From Candidatus Gallimonas merdigallinarum (lineage in GTDB: Bacteria > Bacillota > Clostridia > Christensenellales > Borkfalkiaceae): a stretch of 64,000 bases of DNA. Both the position numbers and the translations under genes were made by a program. Positions within the stretch are counted from its first letter, which is position 1; each line of letters begins with the position of its first letter. The DNA lies in the NCBI GenBank assembly GCA_904390485.1, contig CAJFLU010000007.1, forward strand, positions 5,009-69,008, given 5' to 3'. Below are positions 10,681 through 19,385 of the stretch, one piece after another. The notes beneath the pieces are model-generated. The model was not told the origin of the DNA. It searched no databases and was given only the letters and a program-made list of their open reading frames with translations.

Positions 10681-11781
10681 ATGGAAGTACCGTTTTTATC
10701 CCTGCAAGATGTAACGAATAAAAATTTCGAAGAGCTGAGCGCCGCAGTAAACCGCGTTGTATCCAGCGGATGGTATCTGCAAGGGAATGAGACAGAACAG
10801 TTTGAAAAGGATTTTGCGAAATTCATTGGAACAAATCATTGCATTGGAGTTGCCAATGGATTGGATGCGATCATTTGGATTTTTCGCGCTTATATCGAAC
10901 TCGGCATTATGAAGCCGGGGGACGAAGTGATTGTGCCGGCCAATACTTATATTGCTTCCATCTTGGCAATCACTGAAAATAATCTTGTTCCTGTTCTTGT
11001 CGAGCCGGATATCCATACTTATGAGATTGACGACAGCAAAATCGAGGCAGCCATTACCGATCGGACGCGCGCCATTTTGATTGTTCATTTGTATGGAAGA
11101 TGCGCCTATACGGAAAAAATCGGTGCGCTTTGCCAAAAATATAATTTGAAACTCGTAGAAGACAATGCACAAGCGCATGGGTGTATGTATCATGGGCAGC
11201 GGACGGGAAGTTTCGGAGACAGCGCGCATAGTTTTTATCCCGGGAAAAATCTTGGAGCCTTCGGCGATGCGGGTGCGGTTACAACCAATGACAAACTTTT
11301 GGCCGATACAATTCGTTCGCTTGCCAATTATGGTTCCAGCCGTAAATATGTTTTTAAATATAAGGGTAGAAACAGTCGAATCAGTGAAATCAATGCAGCA
11401 GTCCTTGATGTAAAACTCCAATATCTTGATGCGGATAATCAGCGCCGCATTGAAATCGCAAAGCGATATATCGAGGGGATCAAAAACCCTGCAATCATTC
11501 TGCCTGAATACCCGCACGACACAACGAATGTTTTTCATATTTTCCCTATTCGGACAGGCGATCGCGATGTATTGCAGGCATACTTGAAAGAAAATGGGGT
11601 ACAGACAATTATTCATTATCCGATTCCGCCGCATAAACAGGAAGCGTATAAAGAGTGGAATCATTTGTCTTTCCCGATTACGGAGCAAATTCATGCGGAA
11701 GAGCTGAGTCTGCCCATGAGCCCTACGCTGACAGACGAACAGGTGGAGTATGTTGTTGATTGCATAAATCGGTTTGCGTGA
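10681..11781 (+). CDS. DegT/DnrJ/EryC1-family PLP sugar aminotransferase (FdtB/QdtB-like)
   Basis: WYLQGNE, VANGLDA, EDNAQAHG, SFYPGKNLGAFGDAG (PLP-Lys region), adjacent to the ketoisomerase. Confidence 0.85.
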   Translation: MEVPFLSLQDVTNKNFEELSAAVNRVVSSGWYLQGNETEQFEKDFAKFIGTNHCIGVANGLDAIIWIFRAYIELGIMKPGDEVIVPANTYIASILAITENNLVPVLVEPDIHTYEIDDSKIEAAITDRTRAILIVHLYGRCAYTEKIGALCQKYNLKLVEDNAQAHGCMYHGQRTGSFGDSAHSFYPGKNLGAFGDAGAVTTNDKLLADTIRSLANYGSSRKYVFKYKGRNSRISEINAAVLDVKLQYLDADNQRRIEIAKRYIEGIKNPAIILPEYPHDTTNVFHIFPIRTGDRDVLQAYLKENGVQTIIHYPIPPHKQEAYKEWNHLSFPITEQIHAEELSLPMSPTLTDEQVEYVVDCINRFA

Positions 11782-11807
11782 AGGGAATATAGATATTTAG
11801 GAGCAAT

Positions 11808-12797
11808 ATGATGGCTTTTTCGTGTACTTTTTTTAATTGTAATGATGAACCGGCATGGGATAATTTCATGCTCAATAAAAGCATGAATGGAACGTTTTTG
11901 CAAACAAGAAAGTTCATCAACTACCACAAAGACGGGAAATTTCAGGATTGTTCCGTGATAATAAGGAAGGGCAGCGAGATCGTTGCGCTGATATTGGCAT
12001 GCGTTGTTGAAGAGGAAGGGAAGAAAACATTTTTTGCGCATAAAGGTACGACTTTTGGGGGCATAACAATTGCAAAATCGGTTTACTCGGCGTCATCGAT
12101 TGATGAGATCACCAAGGCGCTGTTGTTCTTTTTACAGGAAAACGGATTTCAAAAGATATACTTAAAGATGGTTCCGAACCTGTATCAGAGAGAAAATACA
12201 GATCTCTTGGATTATTTTCTTGTCAAAAATGACTTCAAATGTTACAATGAGCTGAATTATTATCTCGATTTAAGGAAGTATCGCGACGATATTGCTGCTC
12301 AATTTTCATCCAGTAAGAGAAGGGATTATCGGTATTCTTTGAAGAGCGGTTTTACATTCCGCAAGCTGGATACGCGCGAGGAGATTGCCGCGTATTATCA
12401 AATTCTTTTGATGAATTTGAATAAACTCGGTCTGAAACCGGTGCATACGCTTGATGATTTGTTTGATTTAAAATTTAATCGCTTTGAAGACAGGATCGAG
12501 TTTTTTGGGGTTTATATAGAGCGAGAGATGGTTGCCGGAAGTATGTTGTTCCGGTTTAACGATAAACTCGTGCATACACAGTATCTTTCTTCCGATGAAA
12601 ATTATCTGAAGTTTTTCCCGATGGATTTCTTGATTTATAACCTGATCGAAAGCGCGATCAACTGCGGGATGGAAATATTTTCTTTTGGAATATGTACGGA
12701 AAATCAGGGCAGATATTTGAACCTGGGATTGTCCAGGTTTAAGGAGGGGTTCGGTACGCAGTTTTGTATCAATCGCTCCTATGAAAAAGATTTATAA
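11808..12797 (+). CDS. FemAB-like / GNAT-fold acyltransferase (Acetyltransf_6-like)
   Basis: 329 aa with duplicated GNAT-like halves. C-terminal LSRFKEGFG resembles the FemX/FemAB FK-x-x-FG motif. Sits directly after the aminotransferase. Confidence 0.55.
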   Translation: MMAFSCTFFNCNDEPAWDNFMLNKSMNGTFLQTRKFINYHKDGKFQDCSVIIRKGSEIVALILACVVEEEGKKTFFAHKGTTFGGITIAKSVYSASSIDEITKALLFFLQENGFQKIYLKMVPNLYQRENTDLLDYFLVKNDFKCYNELNYYLDLRKYRDDIAAQFSSSKRRDYRYSLKSGFTFRKLDTREEIAAYYQILLMNLNKLGLKPVHTLDDLFDLKFNRFEDRIEFFGVYIEREMVAGSMLFRFNDKLVHTQYLSSDENYLKFFPMDFLIYNLIESAINCGMEIFSFGICTENQGRYLNLGLSRFKEGFGTQFCINRSYEKDL

Positions 12798-12924
12798 CGT
12801 AGTAATCTTTCCATTATAGAGAAAGCTTTTAATCGATTTTGAATCGTACATCGTGCATTATGCTGTGACGTAAAGCTTCATGTGCGTTTATTTGTAATTA
12901 ACAGTCATAAGCAATATTGGCAAA

Positions 12925-14430
12925 ATGGCAAATATATTTAGAAAATTTAAAGAATCATCGATCGAAGTAAAAGCTTCGATCGCATATATGTTTTGCAGTG
13001 TAATACAAAGATCGTTATCTTTTATTACAATGCCGTTATTTACGAGACTGCTGACGACTACCCAATACGGTCAATATACGATTTATTCTTCTTGGGTTTC
13101 GATTTTCTCGATTTTTTTAACGTTGAATTTGGCATACGGAACTTTTAGCCCCGCAATGATGAAATTCAAGGATGACCGAGAGGGCTATATTGCGTCCGTA
13201 CAAGGAATTTGCACGGTTTTATCCGCTGTTTTTTTGGCGATATATTTGCCGTTTAGAAATACCTTTAATGTTTTGCTTGAAATGCCAACATTTCTTGTTG
13301 TGGCAATGGTTTTGGAGATTATTTTTACATGCTCGTTTTCTTGTTGGTGCGGCAAAAAAAGATTTGAGTACAAATATATAAGCGTAATTGTTATAACGTT
13401 GCTGATAGCGTTTGCATCCCCGCTTGTTGCTTTTGTTTTAGTGCAATGCTTCGAAGAGAAAGGCTATGCAAGAATTATCGGCTATGCGTTGGTGGCAAGT
13501 ATTGTCGGCGTTGTATTCTATGTTTTGAATTTTGTAAAAGGGAAAAATTTTTTCAATAAAGAATATTGGAAGTATGCGCTTACTTTCAATATCCCACTTA
13601 TTATTTACTACCTTTCGCAGGTAGTATTCAACCAGAGCGATCGGCTTATGATCAACTATCTGTGCGGAACAGACAAAGCCGGTATCTATGGTGTGGCGTA
13701 TAATTTGGCGATGATATTATCATTTATCATCAGCTCCATTTCGAGCGCCTATATGCCGTGGCTTTATAATAAAATAAAGCAGAAAGAGCATAAAGCCAAT
13801 CAAAAAGTTTCGCTGTACATTGCGATCCTCATGGCGGTTTTAATAAGCTTTATTATTTGGCTGGCTCCGGAAATCATTCTGATTATGGCAGGAGAGGCAT
13901 ATATGGAAGCAATTTGGATCGTTCCCCCTGTGGCAGCGAGCTTATTGCTTTTGTTGTACACCGATTTTTCAACGAATATTGAATTTTATTACAAAAAAAG
14001 AGTAGGACTGATCATTGCGTCAGTATTTGCCGCCGTATTGAATATTGTTTTGAATGCGATCTTTATTCCGAAATTTGGCTTTATCGCGGCGGGCTATACG
14101 ACATTATTGAGTTATATTGTATTTGCTGTTAGCAATTATTTGGTGATCTTGCGCTATGTTCGCAAAGGGAGAGAATTATACGGCATCTACAACATTAAGC
14201 TGCTGCTCTTGGTATTTTTAGTCTTTATGATCGTGAATGCCTGTGCGATGCTGTTATACGATTTTATGATCGCCAGGATATGTATCATGGCGGCAACGGC
14301 AATTGTTCTGTTTGCATTCAGGAAGAAGATTATAAAATATTTCAAACAGCTGTTGTCGAAGGAAGAGCGGAAAGAGGAAGAGCAGAAAGAGGAACAGAAA
14401 GAGGAGGTAGAGCAGCCAAAAAATGAGTAA
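12925..14430 (+). CDS. wzx: Wzx-type polysaccharide flippase (MOP superfamily)
   Basis: About 12-14 TM segments and a polysaccharide-biosynthesis-protein N-terminus (SIAYMFCSVIQRSLSFITMPLFTRLL). Low-complexity KEERKEEEQKEEQKEE tail. Confidence 0.8.
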   Translation: MANIFRKFKESSIEVKASIAYMFCSVIQRSLSFITMPLFTRLLTTTQYGQYTIYSSWVSIFSIFLTLNLAYGTFSPAMMKFKDDREGYIASVQGICTVLSAVFLAIYLPFRNTFNVLLEMPTFLVVAMVLEIIFTCSFSCWCGKKRFEYKYISVIVITLLIAFASPLVAFVLVQCFEEKGYARIIGYALVASIVGVVFYVLNFVKGKNFFNKEYWKYALTFNIPLIIYYLSQVVFNQSDRLMINYLCGTDKAGIYGVAYNLAMILSFIISSISSAYMPWLYNKIKQKEHKANQKVSLYIAILMAVLISFIIWLAPEIILIMAGEAYMEAIWIVPPVAASLLLLLYTDFSTNIEFYYKKRVGLIIASVFAAVLNIVLNAIFIPKFGFIAAGYTTLLSYIVFAVSNYLVILRYVRKGRELYGIYNIKLLLLVFLVFMIVNACAMLLYDFMIARICIMAATAIVLFAFRKKIIKYFKQLLSKEERKEEEQKEEQKEEVEQPKNE

Positions 14431-15757
14431 GTTGAAGTCATTTTTATCGCGAAATAAAAAATGTATTCTTTTCAGACCTATTTTTTTTGCGCATGCCGTA
14501 CTCAAACATTTTAAGAGCAATATCGCAGATGTTCAATCAAGAAGACGAATTAAAAGGGTGATCCGACGGGCGAGCCTGCAAAGCAAATCGCGAAAAATAA
14601 GGGTTCTTTTTCTTGTAATAGACAGCAATACATGGAACAAATTAAAGCCATTGTATGATGCGATGCACCGGCGGGAAAATATTGAACTGAAAATAGTTTG
14701 CATGATGCCGATGCCAAAACAGCAGGACACCTCTGTCACATATCGATATTTCAAAGACCACGGCTATGATTGTATCGATGCAAGAGTAGGGGATGGCCCG
14801 TGGGATGTTGACGATAAGACTTCGCAATGGTTCGATATTCGCGCGCTCGAGCCAGATTATATCTTTTATGGGGAACCGTATAATGCCTATTTTCCTGCGC
14901 AGTACCGTTCCCAGGTAACATCGCAATATGCGAAAATATGCTTTGCGTCGTATGGGGTAACGATTCTTAAAAATTTTTTATATATCCAGCCAAGGGATTT
15001 TTGCAGGGATGTTTATTTCAGATATGCAACGAGCGAGGAAGAGAAAAATTTTATCATTTCGCAATACAGAAAGTTTTATAAAAAAGGGCTGCAAAAGATA
15101 AAGTATATCGGGAATTTGGTGTTTTCCGAATTTTATAAGGCGCGCGATGCCCGTTGTGAAGCTTGGGCCTTTTCTAAAAACAAGTTTAGGGCGATCTGGA
15201 CGCCTCGTTGGACGACCGACGAAAAGATCGGCGGCAGTAATTTTTTAAGATATAAAGATATTTTGCTCGATTATGCCAAAACGCATAAAGAAATGGATTT
15301 TCTATTGAGGCCGCATCCGATGGCATTGGATAATTTTGTCAAGACGGGGCAGCTGAGCGAAGAAGAAGCGGCGGCATTCAAACAGACTTGTCTCGAAGAG
15401 AGCAACTTGTCGCTTGATGTGCAAAAGTATTATGCAAATACTTTTTGGCATTCAGATGTTTTGATCGGAGATATTTCTTCTATTCTTGTAGAATATTTCA
15501 TTACAGGTCATCCGATCATCTTTTGTAAAACATTGCATTCCGAGCAGCAGCCGCTCAAGTTTTTTGAGAAAATACTCAGCTGTTGCTATATAGCGGATAA
15601 TCAGGCGGAACTCATCTTGCATTTAGAGCAACTTGCGGCAGGGCATGATCCGCTGAAAACAAAGAGAGAAAGCTGTATTGCGGAATTATTCAACTATGAT
15701 TTTGAAGGCGTAGCCGATAAAATGATAGACGACATTATTTCCGATTTTTACACTTAA
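14423..15757 (+). CDS. CDP-glycerol/CDP-ribitol glycerophosphotransferase family protein (TagB/TagF-like)
   Basis: RVLFLVIDSNTWNK, LLRPHPM, SDVLIGDISSILVEYFITGHPIIF match the TagF-family C-terminal core. Overlaps the wzx stop by 8 nt. Confidence 0.7.
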   Translation: MSKLKSFLSRNKKCILFRPIFFAHAVLKHFKSNIADVQSRRRIKRVIRRASLQSKSRKIRVLFLVIDSNTWNKLKPLYDAMHRRENIELKIVCMMPMPKQQDTSVTYRYFKDHGYDCIDARVGDGPWDVDDKTSQWFDIRALEPDYIFYGEPYNAYFPAQYRSQVTSQYAKICFASYGVTILKNFLYIQPRDFCRDVYFRYATSEEEKNFIISQYRKFYKKGLQKIKYIGNLVFSEFYKARDARCEAWAFSKNKFRAIWTPRWTTDEKIGGSNFLRYKDILLDYAKTHKEMDFLLRPHPMALDNFVKTGQLSEEEAAAFKQTCLEESNLSLDVQKYYANTFWHSDVLIGDISSILVEYFITGHPIIFCKTLHSEQQPLKFFEKILSCCYIADNQAELILHLEQLAAGHDPLKTKRESCIAELFNYDFEGVADKMIDDIISDFYT

Positions 15758-15777
15758 ATGGATTAGGAGAAAAAAGT

Positions 15778-16488
15778 ATGAACATTGCATTGATCATTGC
15801 GGGCGGATCGGGACAACGGATGGGGCAGGATATCCCAAAGCAGTTTCTCAACGTGCACGATCGCCCCGTCATTATTTATACGTTGGAGGCTTTTGAACGG
15901 CATCCGAACATCGATGCGATCGAGGTCGTCTGCGTGGATGGTTGGGAAACGATTTTAACGGCATACTGCAAACAATTTAATATAACCAAGCTTGAAAACA
16001 TTGTGAAAGGGGGCGATAACGGACAATCGTCTATCCGCAATGGGATCACGGATATTGCTTCAAGACATAAGCCGGAGGATCTGGTGCTCATTCACGACGC
16101 GATCCGTCCCATGGTATCGGAGGATATTATTTCAGATTGTATTCGGGTCGCATCGAAATATGGCAATGCGATCACATCCATTCCGTGTATGGAAGCCATG
16201 TTGCGTACAGCCGATGGCGTCAGCAGCCGCGAACAAATTGCGCGCGACAACTTAAAAAGAACACAAACGCCGCAGGCTGCGCGTTTAGGGGAGTTGACGG
16301 AAGCGCATAAACGTGCTTTGGAACTGGGCATCACTTCCTCGGTGGCGACATGTACGATGTTTATAGAACTTGGAAAGACGCTGTATTTTTCTATGGGATC
16401 GGAGAAGAATATTAAGCTTACGACGACGGAGGATTTTGAGATCTTCAAAGCGCTTTTATCGGCAAGGCACGATTCTTGGTTGAAGTGA
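15778..16488 (+). CDS. IspD/TarI-family cytidylyltransferase (probable alditol-phosphate cytidylyltransferase)
   Basis: IIAGGSGQRMG, PKQFL, IHDAIRP, RTQTPQA. Context is a TagF-like gene and a reductase rather than isoprenoid genes. Confidence 0.8.
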   Translation: MNIALIIAGGSGQRMGQDIPKQFLNVHDRPVIIYTLEAFERHPNIDAIEVVCVDGWETILTAYCKQFNITKLENIVKGGDNGQSSIRNGITDIASRHKPEDLVLIHDAIRPMVSEDIISDCIRVASKYGNAITSIPCMEAMLRTADGVSSREQIARDNLKRTQTPQAARLGELTEAHKRALELGITSSVATCTMFIELGKTLYFSMGSEKNIKLTTTEDFEIFKALLSARHDSWLK

Positions 16489-16496
16489 GGCAGAAG

Positions 16497-17546
16497 ATGA
16501 CGTTATATGATAGTGCACTCTATCGCAAAGAAGTGCAGGAGATCGCCGATCTTCCGATAGAATGGAGAAAATTACAAAACAAGACGGTGCTTATTTCCGG
16601 CGCGACGGGGATGATCGGGAGTTTTTTGACCGACGTCCTTCTCTATAAATGGGAAGTGTTGCATTGCCGTGTAATAGCCTTGGGGCGGGATCTTAAAAAG
16701 GCGCAAGATCGATTTGGCGCATGGTTGGATGGAGACCGCTTGCAATTTTATCCTTGCGATGTGTGCCAAGGTGTCAGCATATCGGAAGAGGCGGACTTTG
16801 TTTTGCATCTTGCCAGCAATACACATCCTCTTGCGTATGCCAAGGCGCCCGTCGAAACAATTTTGACCAATATAACAGGCACAAAGAATTTGTTGGATTA
16901 TGCTCGTGTCGGGCATATAACGCGGTTTATCTTTGCATCGACAGTGGAGATTTACGGCGAAAATCGCGGAGATGTAGAACAGTTCGATGAGCAATATTGC
17001 GGATACATTGATTGCAACACGATGCGGGCGGGCTATCCGGAGAGCAAGCGGGCAGGGGAAGCACTGTGTCAGGCGTATATCCATCAATATGGGCTTGATG
17101 TGGTGATCCCGCGGTTTCCGAGGCTGTATGGTCCGACCATGCAGTCGGAGGACTCAAAAGCCTCTTCTCAGTTTATTAAAAAAGCGGTCGCGGGAGAGGA
17201 TATCATATTAAAATCAAAGGGCGATCAATATTTTACGTATTGCCATGTCGCGGATGCAGTAAGCGGACTGTTATATTGTTTGCTCCAAGGGGCTTGTGGG
17301 GAAGCTTATAATATTGCGAGCGGGCAGTCGGATATTCATTTATGCGATTTGGCAAAAATCGCAGCCGATTGTGCGGGGACAAAAGTCAAGTTTGAGCTCC
17401 CGGATGCAGTTGAAAAGTCCGGTTATAGCAAAGCAATGACGTCACGGTTGGATGGAACGAAACTCATGTCCTTAGGTTGGCGAGAAAAGTTTTCTTTGCC
17501 CATGGGGCTCAAAGAGACGATCCGTATTTTACGGGAAATGAAATAA
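16497..17546 (+). CDS. NAD(P)-dependent extended SDR (epimerase/dehydratase fold), candidate sugar-phosphate reductase
   Basis: Start moved to MTLYDS (RBS GAGG upstream). ISGATGMIGSF glycine motif, YPESKRAGE (Y-x3-K). Confidence 0.7.
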   Translation: MTLYDSALYRKEVQEIADLPIEWRKLQNKTVLISGATGMIGSFLTDVLLYKWEVLHCRVIALGRDLKKAQDRFGAWLDGDRLQFYPCDVCQGVSISEEADFVLHLASNTHPLAYAKAPVETILTNITGTKNLLDYARVGHITRFIFASTVEIYGENRGDVEQFDEQYCGYIDCNTMRAGYPESKRAGEALCQAYIHQYGLDVVIPRFPRLYGPTMQSEDSKASSQFIKKAVAGEDIILKSKGDQYFTYCHVADAVSGLLYCLLQGACGEAYNIASGQSDIHLCDLAKIAADCAGTKVKFELPDAVEKSGYSKAMTSRLDGTKLMSLGWREKFSLPMGLKETIRILREMK

Positions 17547-17605
17547 GGCTATCGGCATCGCCTGATCACGATCATAAGACAGGGACGGCAGAGTGAGTAA
17601 ACGCC

Positions 17606-18067
17606 ATGATCGATCTTACCAATTTGGAGCATTACCGCGAGGGGAACAGGCTGGAGGCGAAGCTCGCACTCGGTGGGTTCCCGCACAGCGTTTGGGAGAC
17701 CTATTCCGCTTTCGCCAACACGGCAGGCGGGATCATTCTGCTCGGGGTGGAGGAGCGTCAAGATCATTCGCTGCATGCCGTCGACCTGCCCGCGCCCGAA
17801 AAGCTCATAGAGGAGTTTTGGGAGACGGTGAACGACCCGCAAAGGGTGAGCGCCAACTTGCTGCGGGCGGAGGATGTACAACTGCACATCGTGGAGTGGA
17901 ACCGCATCGTGGTGATCACCGTGCCGGAGGCGCCGCCCGCCCGCAAGCCCGTCTATCTGGGGCGGGATCCGCTCCTCGGGACGTACCGCCGCAGCGGAGA
18001 GGGGGATTACCGCTGTACGCCCGCGGAGGTGCAAGCCATGCTCCGCGCGGCACGCAGCGCGCGTTAA
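17606..18067 (+). CDS. AlbA_2 (Schlafen-type, divergent AAA) domain protein, probably truncated
   Basis: EGNRLEAKLALGG...FANTAGGIILLGVEE...VVITVPEAPPARKPVYL is the N-terminal AlbA_2 module of longer putative regulators. Only 153 aa, poor RBS. Confidence 0.45.
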   Translation: MIDLTNLEHYREGNRLEAKLALGGFPHSVWETYSAFANTAGGIILLGVEERQDHSLHAVDLPAPEKLIEEFWETVNDPQRVSANLLRAEDVQLHIVEWNRIVVITVPEAPPARKPVYLGRDPLLGTYRRSGEGDYRCTPAEVQAMLRAARSAR

Positions 18068-18181
18068 ACGGCTTTGGAGGATGCGCCGTCCGTTGCATCG
18101 GCGGGGCGTCTTGCCGCGCTGCGCCAAACAGCAATGCCGTCACCGCACAAAATTCTGCAAGAAATCTCGCCACACGGCGCA

Positions 18182-18221
18182 AACGCCTCGGAAGCGTCAT
18201 CCGCTTGCGGGGCGTTTTTTT
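18182..18221 (+). terminator. Candidate intrinsic terminator
   Basis: AACGCC...GGCGTT outer stem with inner CCGC-TT-GCGG, followed by T7. Confidence 0.45.
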
Positions 18222-18317
18222 CATGCTCATTATGGGAAGATTGCCGCAAAAGGCGCGGAATTTACGTTTATCAACGGCGGATTGAGGCGAAAAAGGGAGA
18301 TTTCAAGCGATGCTTGA

Positions 18318-18346
18318 TTGCATTTCGGGGCGCGGTGTGGTATAAC
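18318..18346 (+). promoter_or_regulatory. Sigma-A-type promoter for the XRE gene
   Basis: TTGCAT - 17 nt - TATAAC with TGg extended -10. Confidence 0.5.
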
Positions 18347-18374
18347 GGAAGAAAAGAACGAACGGAGGCATATC

Positions 18375-19325
18375 GTGTTCGATACGGTGAAAGTGGGAAA
18401 GATCATTGCGCAAAAACGCAAGGAGCACAACATGACGCAGCTTGCGCTTGCCGATCGGCTCGGCGTGAGTTTTCAGGCGGTGAGTAATTGGGAGCGCGGC
18501 AATTCCATGCCCGATATTTCCAAGCTCCCCGAGCTTGCGGAGCTGTTTGAATGCTCCATCGAGGAGCTTTTGGGTGGCGGCGCGCCCGCGGCGAAGGTGG
18601 AGCAGATCGCAAAGGAGGGTGCGGACGATCTGTCGCTCGGCGATCTTGCGGAAGTCGCCTCCGTGCTCACGCCCGATCTGCTCGATGAAGCTGTGCAGAA
18701 GGCGAGCGGACACCGTACTGCGCCGAACGGCGGCTCGCCCTGTCGCATTCGGATAGAGGACGGCGTTGTCAAATCCGTCGAGTATCTGAACGACGACGAG
18801 GCGGACGACGATGACGACGAACGGGAGGAAAGCGGGCGGTCTGCGGACGGCGGGACGTTTTGCCACGTTCATATCGGGAACGGAAAAATCCGCTCTGCCG
18901 GATATTCCGGCGATGACAAATCGGACGAAGAGGAAGCCAAGAAAAACGGGCATGGTGGGGGAGCAGACGACGAACGGGAGCGCAGAACGCGTATTGGCGA
19001 ACTGACCGCGCTTGCGCCCTTCCTTTCGGAGGAGCGTCTCGCGCAGCTTGCCGAAGAATGCCTGCAAGACGGCTATACGGTGCGGGAGCTTGTTCCGCTC
19101 GCGCCCTTCCTCGGCGGGGAGATGCTCGGAAAGCTCGTTGCAAAGAACGAGATCCGCGGAAAAATGCTCGTGTACCTTGCGCCCTTTCTGTCGGGCGAAA
19201 CGCTGCGCGAGGCGGCGCTCGCCGCCCTCAGACGGGGTGAAAAGATCGATAAAGGACTGTATCCGTTCCTTTCGGAAGAGATTTTCAGCGAGATCCTGAA
19301 AACGGTGGGACGGAAGGGGAACTGA
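18375..19325 (+). CDS. XRE-family HTH regulator with long repetitive C-terminal region
   Basis: GTG start after GGAGG. KRKEHNMTQLALADRLGVSFQAVSNWERG is a Cro/C1 HTH. The C-terminus has acidic tracts and repeated LAPFLS-x-E motifs. Confidence 0.75.
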   Translation: MFDTVKVGKIIAQKRKEHNMTQLALADRLGVSFQAVSNWERGNSMPDISKLPELAELFECSIEELLGGGAPAAKVEQIAKEGADDLSLGDLAEVASVLTPDLLDEAVQKASGHRTAPNGGSPCRIRIEDGVVKSVEYLNDDEADDDDDEREESGRSADGGTFCHVHIGNGKIRSAGYSGDDKSDEEEAKKNGHGGGADDERERRTRIGELTALAPFLSEERLAQLAEECLQDGYTVRELVPLAPFLGGEMLGKLVAKNEIRGKMLVYLAPFLSGETLREAALAALRRGEKIDKGLYPFLSEEIFSEILKTVGRKGN

Positions 19326-19336
19326 CGGAAAAAACT

Positions 19337-19364
19337 GCATAAAAATCCACAGCCTCCGCATAAT
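19337..19364 (+). promoter_or_regulatory. Candidate forespore (sigma-G/F-like) promoter of spoVT
   Basis: GCATA - 17 nt - CATAAT. Consensus recalled from B. subtilis work, not computed. Confidence 0.4.
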
Positions 19365-19385
19365 GACAGTATACGGAGGTTTTTT

